A stretch of 64,000 nt of DNA from Octopus vulgaris (Eukaryota). Of the stretch, positions 25,480 to 39,039 are shown piece after piece (within the stretch, counting starts at the first letter, position 1; every line of letters begins with the position of its first letter). The position numbers and the translations under genes were made by a program. Location of the stretch: positions 95,976,001-96,040,000 of the forward strand of contig OX597823.1 in assembly GCA_951406725.2 (NCBI GenBank), given 5' to 3'. The notes under the pieces are model-generated. The model was not told the DNA's origin. It did no database searches and saw only the letters and a list, made by a program, of their open reading frames with translations.

Positions 25480-25951
25480 CTCAAAATGATTCGTTTATTT
25501 TGTTAGAAATAATAATCAAATCTTCCTCAGATCACATCCTGTCGGCTTCAGAAACAGAAGGGCGCGTGAGATAGTGTAACCTTACGTACATTATCTGAAT
25601 GAAAGATAAAATGATTATGACCAGAATGCCTTTAATCACAGGTCCACTGGATCAGAACTGACTTTGGGTTAAAAAAACAACTTCCATTTCCACCTTCACA
25701 ATATGAATGCATTAAAAAGCTGGTTTTCTCTTTTACTGATACAACTATTATGCCTTGTCTTACTGTGAACTTTGCTAACTCTGTGTTATCTCCATCTAAA
25801 CCTATTTATTACATTCCTCTTTCTTGTTCTCATAATCTTCTCTGACTCGTGTTTATCATCTCACAATAGTCACCCTAACTCTCTCTCTCTCTCTCTCATG
25901 TCATTTCTCCAAACATACTAATATTCAACAATCCATATAAACCTTTTTGTA

Positions 25952-26100
25952 TTTTCTCTCCCTGTTTCTTTCTGTGTTCCTTTCTGTTGAAGAGCATAGG
26001 CTCGAAATGTAAAAGACTTTCTCACTTCTCGAACGTTAAACTAATACATCTGTTGTTTACACACCCATCTTCGTCTTTTGCATTTTTGTAAATTCTCACC
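25952..26100 (+). mobile_element. Penelope-like terminal repeat with hammerhead-like core
   Basis: CTTT-CTGTTGA-A-GAGC-ATAG-GCTC-GAAA-TGTA-AAAG at 25980-26015. Confidence 0.5.
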
Positions 26101-26764
26101 ATATAAAATGTTGGTTTTCTAATTTCTATCAACCTCTAATCAAAGATCAGGAGCATATTCCCTTCCTCCAGCACAATTTTATTATATGAAATAAAAGACT
26201 ATGGATGCTGTATATCTTTTAATTGTTGTTTTCCAGTTGGATTCCATATTCAGTGTGTGTCTCCATCATTTGCTAATGTGCAACAATTCAAACTGCCTAA
26301 AACCTCCCTGTCCTCCTAATTCTCAGGTCTCATGATGAGAACTGACTGAGTTGTTTGGAAGAAACTTGTTGCTATTTAGCTCCCGGTCAGACCTCACTGG
26401 GCAAACCTATGATAAATGTTTTAGGCCTTCCTCTTTAAAGCTGCTACAATGTAATTTGAGAGAGATTAAACTGCTAGTTCTAGTAGGTCAAGCATACCTG
26501 TTCCCTTATTGGCTTGTAAGATGTAGTGTGTTGAGGCTAAGTGTAACTACTTGATCCCCTCTAAACCAGCAAGGGGACACATCACTGGGTGGCCTCAACT
26601 GGAGCCCATATGGCCCTTGGGGGTCCATATCAGATTTTGTTGTTAAAATTTATCTCTGATAAATTGCTTATACTTCTAAAAAAAAAAAAATATTTAAAGA
26701 ATTTTTTTAATACAATTTCTGATAATATTTAATTATAAAAATACGTTAGGGTCTTTTCAACATT

Positions 26765-26910
26765 GATGCTGGTACATTATTTACATTTGATGGATATTTG
26801 TCCTCATCTTGTTTGTTGTTAACACATTTCGGCTGATATACCCTCCAGCCTTCATCAGGTGTCTTGGGGAAATTTCAAACCAGGGTTCTCATTCCTAAGG
26901 TATTTTTCTA
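26765..26910 (-). mobile_element. Penelope-like terminal repeat with minimal hammerhead-like core
   Basis: - strand GACAC-CTGATGA-A-GGCTG-loop-CAGCC-GAAA-T-GTGTT at 26863-26821. Confidence 0.55.
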
Positions 26911-27509
26911 TTATTATTATACTACCAAGAATCGAACTCACAGTCTCACATTCATGAGCTGAATACTCTAACCATCAACCCACATGTTTTATTTTCTGTC
27001 TCCACTTTGTCTAAGCTTTAACTGACAAATAACCGAATTGTCACACATCAGGGGTCTGTGATTCTAGATGTTTGGAGAGAATGACTGCAATGGTTACGGT
27101 TTTGAGCAGAGCGTTTGTAAAGCAGGTTAACCGAAACTGCTGTGGTTGGGAGTTGAAACTGGATGGCAGATTTCACTCTGCCATGAAATAGACCATCTCC
27201 TTTATTCATGAAATTTATCAGGTTTCTCATTAGACCCCTAAAAACAAGGGGAAAATAATTGTTTCCTTGAAAGTGGTATTTCCTTTCCATAGATTCCTTA
27301 TCTCTTCTCATTTCCCCCATAATCTGTTTTAATCTCTTCTAATTCCATCCTATCCCTGCTGTTCTAATTACACACAGCCGTCTTGTTGTTGTTGCAAAGA
27401 GTTTTATGTTTCTCTCTCTCTCTGTCTCTTTCTCCCCTTTTTATTGTTTGTTTGTTTTTCATTGTTTTTCTCCTCTATAATTTAATGTTATCAAATTTTG
27501 TTACATCAC

Positions 27510-27870
27510 AGCATGGCTGTGTGGTTAAGGAACTTGGTTGCAACCTTGTTTTGGGTTCAGTTCCACTGCATGGCACCTTGGGCAGGTGTCTTCTTCTTTA
27601 GCCCCTGAGCCAGCCAAAGCCTTAGAAATGAATTTGATACACAGAAACTGTTTAGTAGTCTGTTTTGTGTGTATAATATGTGTTTGTCTCCCATTCTCCA
27701 TCTGACAACTAGTGTTGGTTTGTTTATGTCCTTGTATTTTAATAGTTCAACAAAAGTGACTGATAGAATTGATAGAATAAGTACTAAACTAAAACCAAAA
27801 AAACCCCATAAATCTTGGTGTTGATTTGTTTGACTAAAACCTCCAAGGTGGTGCCCCAGCCTGGCCAGGG
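27510..27870 (+). mobile_element. S1 SINE
   Basis: GCATGGCTGTGTGGTTAAG head, GGTTCAGTTCC, CCTTGGGCAGGTGTCTT, CAAGGTGGTGCCCCAGC tail. Confidence 0.78.
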
Positions 27871-28206
27871 TCCAGGGTACTGGATAATTATAGATTTGGA
27901 GTTTCCTACTTTGTGATTGTGTGTTCTTCAGAACCAGCAGGACATTCTCAGTGCAGTCTCTTGACTCTTGACGCCATCACTTCCAGAATTTCTCTTCACT
28001 CAAGAGTAAAAAGTGATGTGATTCTTCATCTGTATCTTTGACTGTGTGGTTCTTCAAGTGATTCAGACCATTTATGACTGCCCATGTGGATCTGTGTAGG
28101 GTTGTGTGTACGGATATATGTGCACGAGTATGTATGTGTATATGCACACACACATACATTAAAATTGCAGCTGTGGCAGATACCGGTGTCATTTAAATGG
28201 CACTTG

Positions 28207-28603
28207 TGCTGGTGGAATGTAAAAGCATCCATTACACACTTGGAATGGTTGGTGTTAGGAAGAACATCCAGCCATAGAAAACCATGCCAAATTAGACTGG
28301 GGTCTGGTGGAGTGCTTCAGGTTGCCAGTCCTGGTCAAACCATCCAACCCATGCCAGCATGGACAATGGACACTAAATGATGAGGATACACACGCACCCG
28401 CATGTGCGGACACACACACACACACCATTTAATGTCCATTTTCCATGCTGGCATGGGTTGGCTGGTTTGACAGGAGCTGGCAAGGCTGGAGAGCTGCACC
28501 AGGCTCCAATTATCTGTTTTGGCACTGTTTCTACAGCTGGATGCCCTTCCTGATGCCAACCATTTTACAGAGTGGACTGGGTGCTTTCTATGTGGCACCA
28601 GCA
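28207..28603. repeat. Two S3 copies tail-to-tail forming an inverted repeat
   Basis: + copy ends at 28379; - copy begins at 28426; arms ~175 bp. Confidence 0.85.
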
Positions 28604-29088
28604 TGGAAACTCTATATGTGGCACCAGCCCAGATGCTTCTTACATGGTGCCAGCATGGGTGCTTTTCAGGTGACACCAGCATGGGGGCTTTTTACATGGC
28701 ATCTGCACGTGTGTGTGTGTGTATATATGTGTGTATCCACATACATTTATTTATCCTGTACTTGGTGGCACATAATGTGCACATTTCCACTCAAAACCTT
28801 ATTTAAAAAATATTGCCCTGAGACCTATATGTGAAGTTGCTTTAAATATTATATACTTTACTGCTTTAAAGACTTTGTTCCTGAATATGTGCTGCCGAAA
28901 TTGGGGTGCGCCTAATATGGTGGCCATGCATCTTTTATGCCATTAAAAACACGATGTAATACATATGTGTGTGTGTGTGTGTGTTTATATAGTTTTGTTT
29001 AACGTGTATTTTTCCTAGCTAACATAGCCTAGACAGGAGGTAATTGAAGCAAGATTTTTACGCCTAGATGCTCTTCCTCTCCGTCTTT

Positions 29089-29199
<111 letters not shown>

Positions 29200-32127
29200 T
29201 TATTGATAGTCTGGTCCTGACTGTTTTAGCAAAAATGGTGGGTATTTTCTATTTGCCATGTAAGTTGTTCCCATTACATGTTGGTGACATAAGTTATTTC
29301 TTTACTGTAGAATGAAACCCTTTCTCACATTGTCTTCCCTCTTTCCCCCTCCTTATTCACTCTTTGCTCTAATTATACAAATTGTTTCTGTTTCTCACTG
29401 TCTGCTCTTCTCCATTTCAAAGCAACAGTGTTTCCAACTCGTGTGATGTATTTAACTCTTTTGATCCCAACCTGTCCAAGACCACTTCATGCTCCATGAT
29501 ACTGACTCCCTGTTTTTTTAAACACTATATAAATTAAAACTGTCAGAATTATATTTTATGTTCCAAACACCAGTTTAATAATGACCAAGTTATTTTACTA
29601 AATTCTACATTATTTTCAAAATGAATTTCAACAGAAATATGGTAACCAAATGTTGAACTTGATGTGAATGAGGGTAGATCGACATAATTGGTTGGGAATT
29701 GAATAAAATATCGTGCTTTTTAGTTAGGTCTTCTAATACTCTAATTTTGATCTTAGCAGAGTTGGCTTTTGTCTTTCATCCTTTCCTAGTCATGAAAATA
29801 AAGTACAAGTGAAGTACTGGGTCGATATATTTAGCTCCTCCAAATTTGGGTAGTTTTATGTCTTTGCTAGAAATCCTACATTTTTGTTTTATTTAATTTT
29901 AAGCATTATGTCATTACCCCTTCTCCACCTAAAAGCCCACACCCTGAATATTTTAAGAATGAAACCTCATAGCTGTAGGGAAGCATGTGCTGCGATGTTC
30001 ATGCTTTCCCTAAAGGAGTTAACGACTAATCTGAAATGGTTCCAAGTGGTGTCATTAACACAGACGAATGAAATTTTTCATAGCCAGAACTATTGGATTG
30101 CCATGAGTGTACAAGTGGCTACGTGTGTGTACACGAGAAAGATAGTATGGTGTCATGTATGTGACTCATTTTTAAAACTAGTAGTCATTCTTCTGAATTG
30201 GCTGGTTAATTATTTACTGCTGTATCAAGTAGTGTCCCGCAGTAAATGTCTGGGATAGGCTATCCAATTGGTGTCACAGAATCTAAAAACAACAGCAAAT
30301 ATAATTAGAATTTAAAAGATAGTATTGGTAATTTCTAATTTAGACTCATGTGTTTATAGAATCTCTTAAATATTTGTAACAACAACTGTATTGTTGTGTT
30401 GTAATATTTTTGGTAAAGATAGGGACAGTCACACTTTCTTATCTTCTCCCTCTGAGGCACCATGCTCTTGATGAAAGCTGTTAATGCGGTTGTCTAAAAA
30501 AAATGTGTTGCTGCAATAGAAGGAAAAATCATTAACTCTTAGTTTTGATAATTAAAATAACATTTGTTACAAATACTGGATTATTAAATATTCATGTAAA
30601 TGTCAGAATTGGTCGGTCGTTGGACAAATATGCATTGCAAGTATTTAGCTTTCCATTCTGCATTCAAATCTTGCTGTTGCTCACTGGTTTCGTTTCCAAC
30701 ATTGATAAAACAGCAGGCAAAATATTTTGGGGAATCGACTCTAGTCATTCCCACCAAAATATGGAACCAATATTAGACATGGCTGTTGTTATTGTAGCAA
30801 GAAATCTTGAACTAAATGGTTGTTCTTGTAATGGTAAAGCCACTAATGTACCCACATCTACTTGCAGTGGCATTCACCTGGGGTGGATTCAGCTTGCTCC
30901 AGCCGAGTTCACCACATCCATCATGAATGCTGACCACATCTGATGGCCAGCCACAGTTGAGACTGGAATGGACACCCTCTCCCAGTTCCACTGATGAAGA
31001 CTATAGTCATGGGGCCTAAGTTGTCCATCTTTGACAGCCTTTACTGTTACCAACCACCTCTTCAGTTGTCCTCCAGCTTGTTTGTGTCAACCTGGGAGGG
31101 AAGCTGGGTTAGCCATCTTGCAAATGAATTTCCCCGGAGGCTGATGGAGAGTATGGCCAAGCCATCTTAGATCTCTTTTGAGTAGAGCTTGATGCAACAG
31201 CAGCGTTGTCCTATTTCAGGGTTCAGAATGAAGGCACTAATGTGATAAGAATTATAAAGTCCTCAACTAGATGGTTGTTATTGATAAAGTGGCGATGTTG
31301 TTCTTGTTATTGTTGAAGTAACGATGTGGCAAGAATTATGAAGTGTCACTGTATTTAGTTTTGCCCCATTTCCTTTTCGGTTCAGATTCTGTTGAGCCTT
31401 TTTTGCTTTCATCATTCCTGTGTTGATCAAATAAGTGAAGACATATACAGGCATCAACTCAACTGACTGGCTCCCAACCCTTGTCCACAAATATTTCTCA
31501 CTCTGCAGCAAAGTTAGTAATTATATATAAGAAACCCTTAATTTTTGTTGTTTTTATTGATATTGTGTTTCACCCTTCCAGGGTCCAATAAAACCAGATT
31601 AGTCAAATCTGGGGTTGGTTTAATTATTTGGTAGAACCCTTTCCCCAGATTTTCTCATGTACCTTTGTTAGAAACCATTATTATTTTATTAAGTTTTATA
31701 AACTTCATTTCTGGCATTAATCCATCCAGGCTTTTAATTTTGAATGATGCGTTTCATTGTCGACTAATGACACGACTGACTGACTTGTTGTATTTGAATG
31801 ACTACCAAAGGGCTACAGACAGTGTGCAGTGAAAATATTCCTCTCAGAAGCCACTATAAAGACAGCTTTGTAGTGTTGGGTTATATACCTAAGGTGTATA
31901 TAGTACATAGTTTATATATGAGATGGAAATAAAACCACAGTTTCAATTCAGGAGAACATATTTAGCTTAAAACAGGACGTTCAATCATAAAGTGTTGCTT
32001 TATGTAAATGTTTTTGATTGCATTTACACTTTGAATTGGCACAGGCAACAGGTAGGAAATGTCTTGTGTTCATGCTGGTTACTTTTTGTGTCAGCATTAT
32101 GGTTGATGAAATAATTACTAATGATAC

Positions 32128-32440
32128 AGGCTCAGGCATGGTTGTATGGTCAGAAGTTTGCTTCTCAACCGCATGGTTCTGGGCAAGTGTCTTCTACTAT
32201 AGCCTTGTGAGTGGAATTGGTACATGGAAACTGAAAGCCTATTGTATGTATGTCTCTGTGTCCATGTCTGTCCCCTACTAGTGTTGGTGTGTATGTCAGT
32301 AGCTTAATGGTTTGGCAAAAGAGACCAACAGAATAAATACTGGGCTTAAAAAATAAGCTCTGAGGTTGATTTAGCTAAATGCTCTTCAAGGCAGTGCCCC
32401 AGCATGGCCACTAATGACTGAAGCAAGTAAAAGCTATAAA
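32128..32440 (+). mobile_element. S1 SINE (internally deleted)
   Basis: GGCTCAGGCATGGTTGTATGG head; CAAGGCAGTGCCCCAGCATGGCC tail. Confidence 0.75.
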
Positions 32441-32723
32441 GATAATGTACAAGATTTAAGCAAGTATCTACTCCATCTTTTATTATCACTGTCTCCTCTT
32501 TCTGCTGTAACAGCCTCTGCTCCTCAGAGTTGGTTGCTCTCATGCTACCAAACTCAGACATTCCTGACCCTCTTGTCTTTCTGATCATATCACTTTTAAC
32601 CCCCCCCCCCCCAGACACCTCATCAATCACTCTGCCCTGTCTTTCCTTCTCAGAATATCAATCCTCTGAGCTTCCTCCTAATTCATGTCAGATGTTGACT
32701 TACAAAAGTTCAAGAGGTATAAT

Positions 32724-32940
32724 ATTCTTTTCTACTCTAGGCACAAGGCTTGAAATTTTTGGGGATGGGGCCGGTCGATAAGATCAACCCCAGTACGCAA
32801 CTGGTACTTAATTTATCGACCCTAAAAAGATGAAAGGCAAAGTCAACCTTAGCGGAATTTGAACTCAGAACATAGCAGTGGGCGAAATACCGCCAAGCAT
32901 TTTTTCCGGCGTGCTAATGTTTCCGCCAGCTTGCTGCCTT
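32724..32940 (-). mobile_element. S2 SINE, full length
   Basis: Reverse AAGGCAGCAAGCTGGCGGAAAC head and GAGTTCAAATTCC B-box; CAAGAGG on both flanks. Confidence 0.85.
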
Positions 32941-34899
32941 ACAAGAGGAATAGTATTACTCTAGGAATGTTAATGGCATCAATCTCACTGGCTTTAGAGG
33001 GACTGCAAAGGCCATGAACAGAACACCTTCCTTCAGATCCAACTAGGAAATAAAATAAAACTGAAATTCTCTCATATATTCGACATTTGTGAAAGTTTGT
33101 CTACCATATAGAGATGATTAATGTAAATAACTGATTTAATTACCAAGAATATGGTAGAACGAAATCAATAATACAATAATACTTACAATGGTTACAGCTC
33201 TCTGGGTTTACTAGTATGGCATCCAACTGTAGGAACCTTGCCAGATCTGATTGGAGCCTGGTACAGCCTTCTGGCTTGCCAGTCCTTAGTCAAACTGTCC
33301 AACCCATGCCAACATGGAAAGCAGACGTTGAACAATGATGATGATTGTATTGATATAGTGAGTCACTATACTTGGCAAGCTTCCATCCAAGACCTACTCA
33401 GTTAAATCCATCAGAAGTTTTATTGGGTTCTTTTCCTGTTTTCATTTACCTTTCTGTGGACAAGGGTGTTGTGGTCATATGATTTCAGTCTAAATATTTG
33501 TTCCTCTTGCCAAATCCTTTGCTTCTCCTGTGTATCACATCTGATGCACAGGACGTATTTCCCTGGCATTCATTTATTATATATGATACACACTTTCAAT
33601 TTATTTCAACTATCAGAGTAACTCGGGACTTATGAAAGAAAATCTTTATATTACTTAGAAACATTTGAAACCAGGGCTAACCGAAAGTCTGAAAACAAAC
33701 ATGGATATTTAAGGCAAACTTAGGAAAATACTTTGGACATATAAATGGATTAAGATTAGAGAAACTGTTTATCAATCTATCTTGGCTTGATCTTTACTAA
33801 TCCACCATCAAATATTGTGATGTTATTTCATTACACTAATATCATTCATTGATGTTTTTCTTTTATGTGGCTAAAAATTAAATAAAAAAATGCCTTGTTG
33901 TTTGTGTGTGTGCTGGTGTCTATGTTAGCTTTGGTCATTTGCCTTTGCGAACTGTTTCATTGCAGCCAATAGTTTACCTGGATCTTCCAGGTATGTGCAT
34001 CTGGTTACTGGTCAGTAGACTGTTGATGGGATTGCTGCTGTTCTGCTTCTGGGTTACAACCCAGCTTCTTGTTGTTCGCGTAAACTTCAACATTCTGGTA
34101 GGTGCTCAATCCAGTCCTGCGTAGTCACTAAGTCCTCTCCCCTAATCCAGTTGTTTGTGTAGAGCCATCACAGTGTTTTTGCATGACCCCACCTCTTGTT
34201 TCTCTCTCTTCGTTGCTGTGACATTTTACAAATAAAAACTTCAAAAAATATTGAGCTTGCATTTTGTAATATTTAGGATCTCTCTCTTTCTCTCCTCTTC
34301 CCTCTCTATCTCTCTCTTTTTCTCTGTCTCTGCCCTGTTTGTGTCTGGTGGTGTTGTGTGTATTTACTTGTTTTTAATAAACATACAATTTAACCCCAAT
34401 GTGATAAGTGAACAAAATGACCACACCATGGATGTCATCTCTCTGTGGACAGAAAAAGGGATCAGACTGACTAGTTTCTAGTGCTTTTAGACCTTCCTCA
34501 GGGAACCAATAAACCATTGTCAGTGTATGGAAGAATTAATAGGTTTCTGTAGCTCTTATATGCAATTTCAGACTCATAAAATGTGGTGTATGCATTTTGT
34601 CTATTTTTTCACTGCAAAGTGTTTATTTAGAAATAAATATTTCAAATTATCAAAACCCTGGTGTATATTAGGAATGATTGAATGCACTCACACCTGCAAC
34701 CACGCAAGCATGTGTGGCTGTGATGCTACATTCTTTGAATACCTGGTGTATCATTTGATAAGCTCTCTCTCCATTAATTCAGCCAGATTTGGGGTTTGTA
34801 GTAGCATCATTGGTTGAATAGAATCTTGAGTAAATAGATCTGTTAATCATTAACTCATTAGTGATAGGGAATGTCAGGAACAGTAATTAAAACAAACTT

Positions 34900-35205
34900 C
34901 TTTTATTAGCTTCAGTCACCAGACTGTGGCCATGCTGGGGCATCGTCTAGAAGAATTTTAGTTAAACAAATCAACCCCAAGACTTATTATTTTTTGTGAA
35001 ACCTGGTACTTATTCTGTTGGTCTTTTTTGGTGAACTGCTAAGTCACAAGGATGTAAACACAACACCTGTTGCCAAGCAGTGGTGGGACACACACATGCA
35101 CACACGATGGGCTTCTTTGAATTTCTCTTTGCCAAATTCAATTGTAAAGCTTTGGTTGTCCCAAGGTGCCATACAGTGGGATTGAATCTGGAACCATGTG
35201 GTTGG
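34900..35205 (-). mobile_element. S1 SINE
   Basis: GGCCATGCTGGGGC...GGTACTTATTCTG...GGAACCATGTGGTTGG. Confidence 0.75.
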
Positions 35206-35779
35206 GATTTTATCAACAATTTGCAGTGGGAAAACCTTGGAATACAAATGATTGGTTGAGAAATCAATAAATAACAAGGCATTGATTGTAATTTTTCTGA
35301 GTTCCTGAAGACAATCTGATTTCTCCACAAGGGATTTCTTGGTTTGGTCTTCTTTGATTGTTTACTTTTTATGAATTTGCAAATGTCTATGGAATATCTT
35401 CAAGGAGGCAAGGCGATTGATTCTGCATTTGGGGTTAAATAAATGGTGTAACATGGTGGGGTGGGGTGGAATCTTGAGGCAAGCCAAATTTGACATGCAC
35501 CGAAGAATATTGAGACCATGAAATTCTGTCCAAGGATAACATCCAGCCTGAGACTGTAGGAACAGGCTGTGGCAGATGTTGGTACATTTTTAGCCTCTTA
35601 GACGCCAGCTTCTCATATTCCTAACTCTGCTTCTGACTGGTTTAAGGACTAAAACATTCTGCTAAAACTGTCAGTGCCTCCACTGTTGACTAAAGATTTC
35701 ATTGATTGATTGTTAATAACAATGAATGTTGAAAACACAATGGGTGTTCCAATGAGACTGAAAATGTAAAAGTTCACCA

Positions 35780-36105
35780 ACCGATCATGGCTGTTGCCAG
35801 GCTACCCTGTCACCTGTGCTGGTGGCACCTAAAAAGCACCATCCGTATGTGGCTGATGCCAGCGCTGCTTTAACTGGCTTCCGTGCCAGTAGCATGTAAA
35901 AAGCACTAACCGATCGTGGCCATTGCCAGCCTTTCCTGGCACGTAAAAAGCACCAACTACACTCACGGAGTGGTTGGCGTTAGGAAGGGCATCCAGCTGT
36001 AAAAACACTGCCAGATCTGACTGGAGCCTGGTGCAGCCTCCTGGCTTCCCAGACCCTGGTCGAACTGTCCAACCCATGCTAGCATGGAAAACGGATGTTG
36101 ATGAT
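35780..36105 (+). mobile_element. S3 repeat with tandem internal units
   Basis: TAAAAAGCAC occurs 3x; GGTTGGCGTTAGGAAGGGCATCCAGCTG; CATGGAAAACGGATGTTGATGATG. Confidence 0.8.
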
Positions 36106-37220
36106 GAGATTGTATCAGGACCTAGTTTATAATGAGACCTCGTTTGGTTTATAATCTGATTTACACACCTGAGGAAAATGTTTCCTTTTTGAAAATTCTT
36201 GCAAGATATGACATTTGTTGCTAGAATTGCCCCCTCCTCAACTACAATAACAATAACAGATCTGTGTACTAATGTATTTATTCAATGACTGATGCTACAA
36301 TTGTATGTTGAGTTAAAATGAGTGAGAGAGAGAGAGAGAGAGAGAGAGCATTTGCTCATAATGTGATCCGTCAATTATTAAAGAGAGAGAGAGAGGGAGA
36401 GTGTGTAATCTCCCCTCCCCCATATACATGTAGAACCTTTGTCTCTTGTTTTTGCAGTGTATTTTGGTCCCTAATGTATATATTTTTACGGTAGCTTAGT
36501 TCTTGCAGGATTTGGTTTGTTCATTCAATATCTTAGTGGTTTTCTCCATATCTTCCAAATAACCCATTCTCTCAACATCTAACAACTTACTCTGAATATA
36601 ACAAAATGGTTTTATAATAATTTGTGTTTTTTTCATTAGCATATTACATGGTCACATGATGCGTCTAAATAAATGTCTTAATTTGATGCGAATTTCTTCT
36701 CAGACCTACAATAGTTGACTCTAAATTAATTTCTCTGCTGAAAAGAACTTTGTTTAATCTGACCAATTTACAATAATCATTTCATACTTTCAGATGTTGT
36801 TCAGTTATACAGGTGACAAAAATGGTAGTTTTGCATTGTTTTTCTCTTTATGAATATTCTTAACTGTATGTGATGCTTGTAAGGATGAAGTTAAACTGAA
36901 AAGGGGAGGTTAGGAGGTGGGGTTAATTCAGTTCATTCAAAGCTTGAAGAGTTTGTGTTTTTAGCAGGAAACAAGGAATTGAAGCTGAGTAGTGAATCAG
37001 TCATCAGACTGGAAAATTGGTGTTGCACTGCTACTATTAGTCGAACTAATCTATCAATTTGGTCGTTTCAGTTGTTCACACAATTTTCATCATCTCAACC
37101 AAAGTATATCCGCTGTTTACAGCAGTTACACTTCATTATATGTCTCATTACTTGGTTATGCACTTCATTCTCAGTACCACCTTCAATATTTACACATGTA
37201 AATTAATATATATATATATA

Positions 37221-37564
37221 CTAGCACTAGTGTATATTGCCGGGTCATAGTGCTTGTGCATGCATATACAGCTGCGTGCGTGTGCACATACACGCGAGTA
37301 CTGTCCAAATCTCCGACCAATCACATACAGCTAGCTGGCATTCAATTGGCGTATCAAGTTTCGGGCATTTTGATTGTCACAAAAAAGTCACTTCTATTGA
37401 TTTTTTAATGGCTTTGCAGGATGACTGGGGAAATGAAGATGTGCATGGCCACCCTTGGACGGTTTTGAATGACCATAGAAAGTGCAAGCCCTCTAACTGA
37501 AAAATTGTGGATTTGTATAAAGGACACACACACAGACATACATTTTGCCGTTTATATATATAGA
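37221..37564 (-). mobile_element. Non-autonomous Helitron-like element
   Basis: - strand starts TCTATATATATAAACGGCAAAATGTATGTCTGTGTGTG and ends ...GACCCGGCAA...TGCTAG followed by T. This fits 5'-TC / 3'-CTAG termini with no TSD, inserted in a (TA)n tract. Confidence 0.6.
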
Positions 37565-39039
37565 AATATATATATCTATATAACCCCCCCCCTCAACACA
37601 CACACGACACACACATACCTGGTTGGCATGTGAAGCAGCATTTGTGAAATAAGCTTTTCAATCGATTTAAATGTTTGAGACCTGTTTGGTCTGTAAAAAG
37701 ACCTAAAATGAGAATTTTTCTCTTTGATGAATCATGGTGAAAATGGGCTTTTTTACAGGTTAATTATGTCCAAAATGTATTTGAATTGATTGAAAAGTTT
37801 ATTTCACAGAACTACTTAACATATCAACCTTGTATTTTGTTCTAGCAAGCTGTGTGCTGCTTCTGTTCCAATGTGTTTTAATTTGCAACAATTTGGGATG
37901 TGCAGTGAAATGCAAAAAGGTAATATGAGTATCCGTCAACTGCCACTAGAAGGTATGGGTTTCAAAATACCGTCTGGTTGCCAAAAAAGTCCAGTTCCGT
38001 AACCCGAGTAGTTTTTATAGGATGCGTAGAATTATAAGATTTAGATTGGGATTTGGAACACGATCAGTTATGAACATCCTTTGTGGAAAACAAAAGATTT
38101 TTTTTTTATATTCAGTAATGGCAGTAATCTATTTACACTTACAAGATAACAATTATTGTCAATCTGTTGAAAAAATCTGGTCGAGTAGAGCAGCAGATCT
38201 GAATTATGGAATTTGCATATATGTCTTCTTTTCTAAGTCAGTAGAAAATATCAAAATTATACAGAGGGAATTTCATTTGCTATTTGTACTATTTTGTCAT
38301 AAGATTTATCAAACTAGACACTTTCTTGGAATTTAATGGGGACAAAATGTCTCCCTAGAAAGTAATGTCTTCATTTCCATTAATACTCAACAACTCCTTC
38401 TTCAATCGGATAAAGCCATTCACTTTTGGACAAGGTGCAGCTTGTGCCTTACGCATCAGTCACAGTTGTAAATGAGATGCAGTTGTGAGTAACACAGAGG
38501 CAGACATTTTGATGTCATTTTTTGAAAGCAGTAACTGCTTTTCAGGCATTGGAAAAAGTTGGACTATTAAGGATTTTGTTTAATTAGAAAAATGTGCCAC
38601 CCATTTGCTCTAATAAACTGACACCTTAATGAATATTGTCCATTTCCTTTTTTGTAGAGGGAATTTTAAGGTATTTAAGAAGCAGCAACTAATCAGGAGC
38701 CAGTGTTTTTAATGCCATAACCAGGAAAATTGATGCGTGTTTTACCATAAACTCATTTTTACTAGAAAGACAAGTAAGATCTTGGACATGACAGAGATGC
38801 TTGAAGATTTATTTCTTGATCTTCTGTGAAGTTAGTACATACAGATGCCATCTATATATGATGAGCAGGTAGATTGGAGATTATTCTGTGAGATAATTTA
38901 ATCAATCACTTGTTGAAAACCTACTCCAATGTCTGTAAGACTAAATGGTAAAAGACAGGTCTTATACGAGGGGCGTTCAATAAGTAATGCCCCTGACCCA
39001 CTTCCCATAGCAGTAGAGCAACGAAACTTTGCACAGTTA

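Noticed and set aside
27048-27240. Possible ncRNA or hAT MITE bounded by AGGGGTCT/AGACCCCT
   Set aside because: Only ~8-bp inverted ends, no TSD, no recognisable snoRNA boxes.
30590-30780. hAT dimerisation-domain-like remnant on - strand
   Set aside because: Similarity (FWW...PVS...DR..L) too weak to call without a search.
36794-36812. Candidate small exon TTTCAG|19 nt|GTGACA
   Set aside because: Not a multiple of 3 in a phase-0 intron; weak donor.
38658-38773. Pair of candidate mini-exons (13 nt and 8 nt, summing to 21)
   Set aside because: The first carries an in-frame TAA; weak sites.
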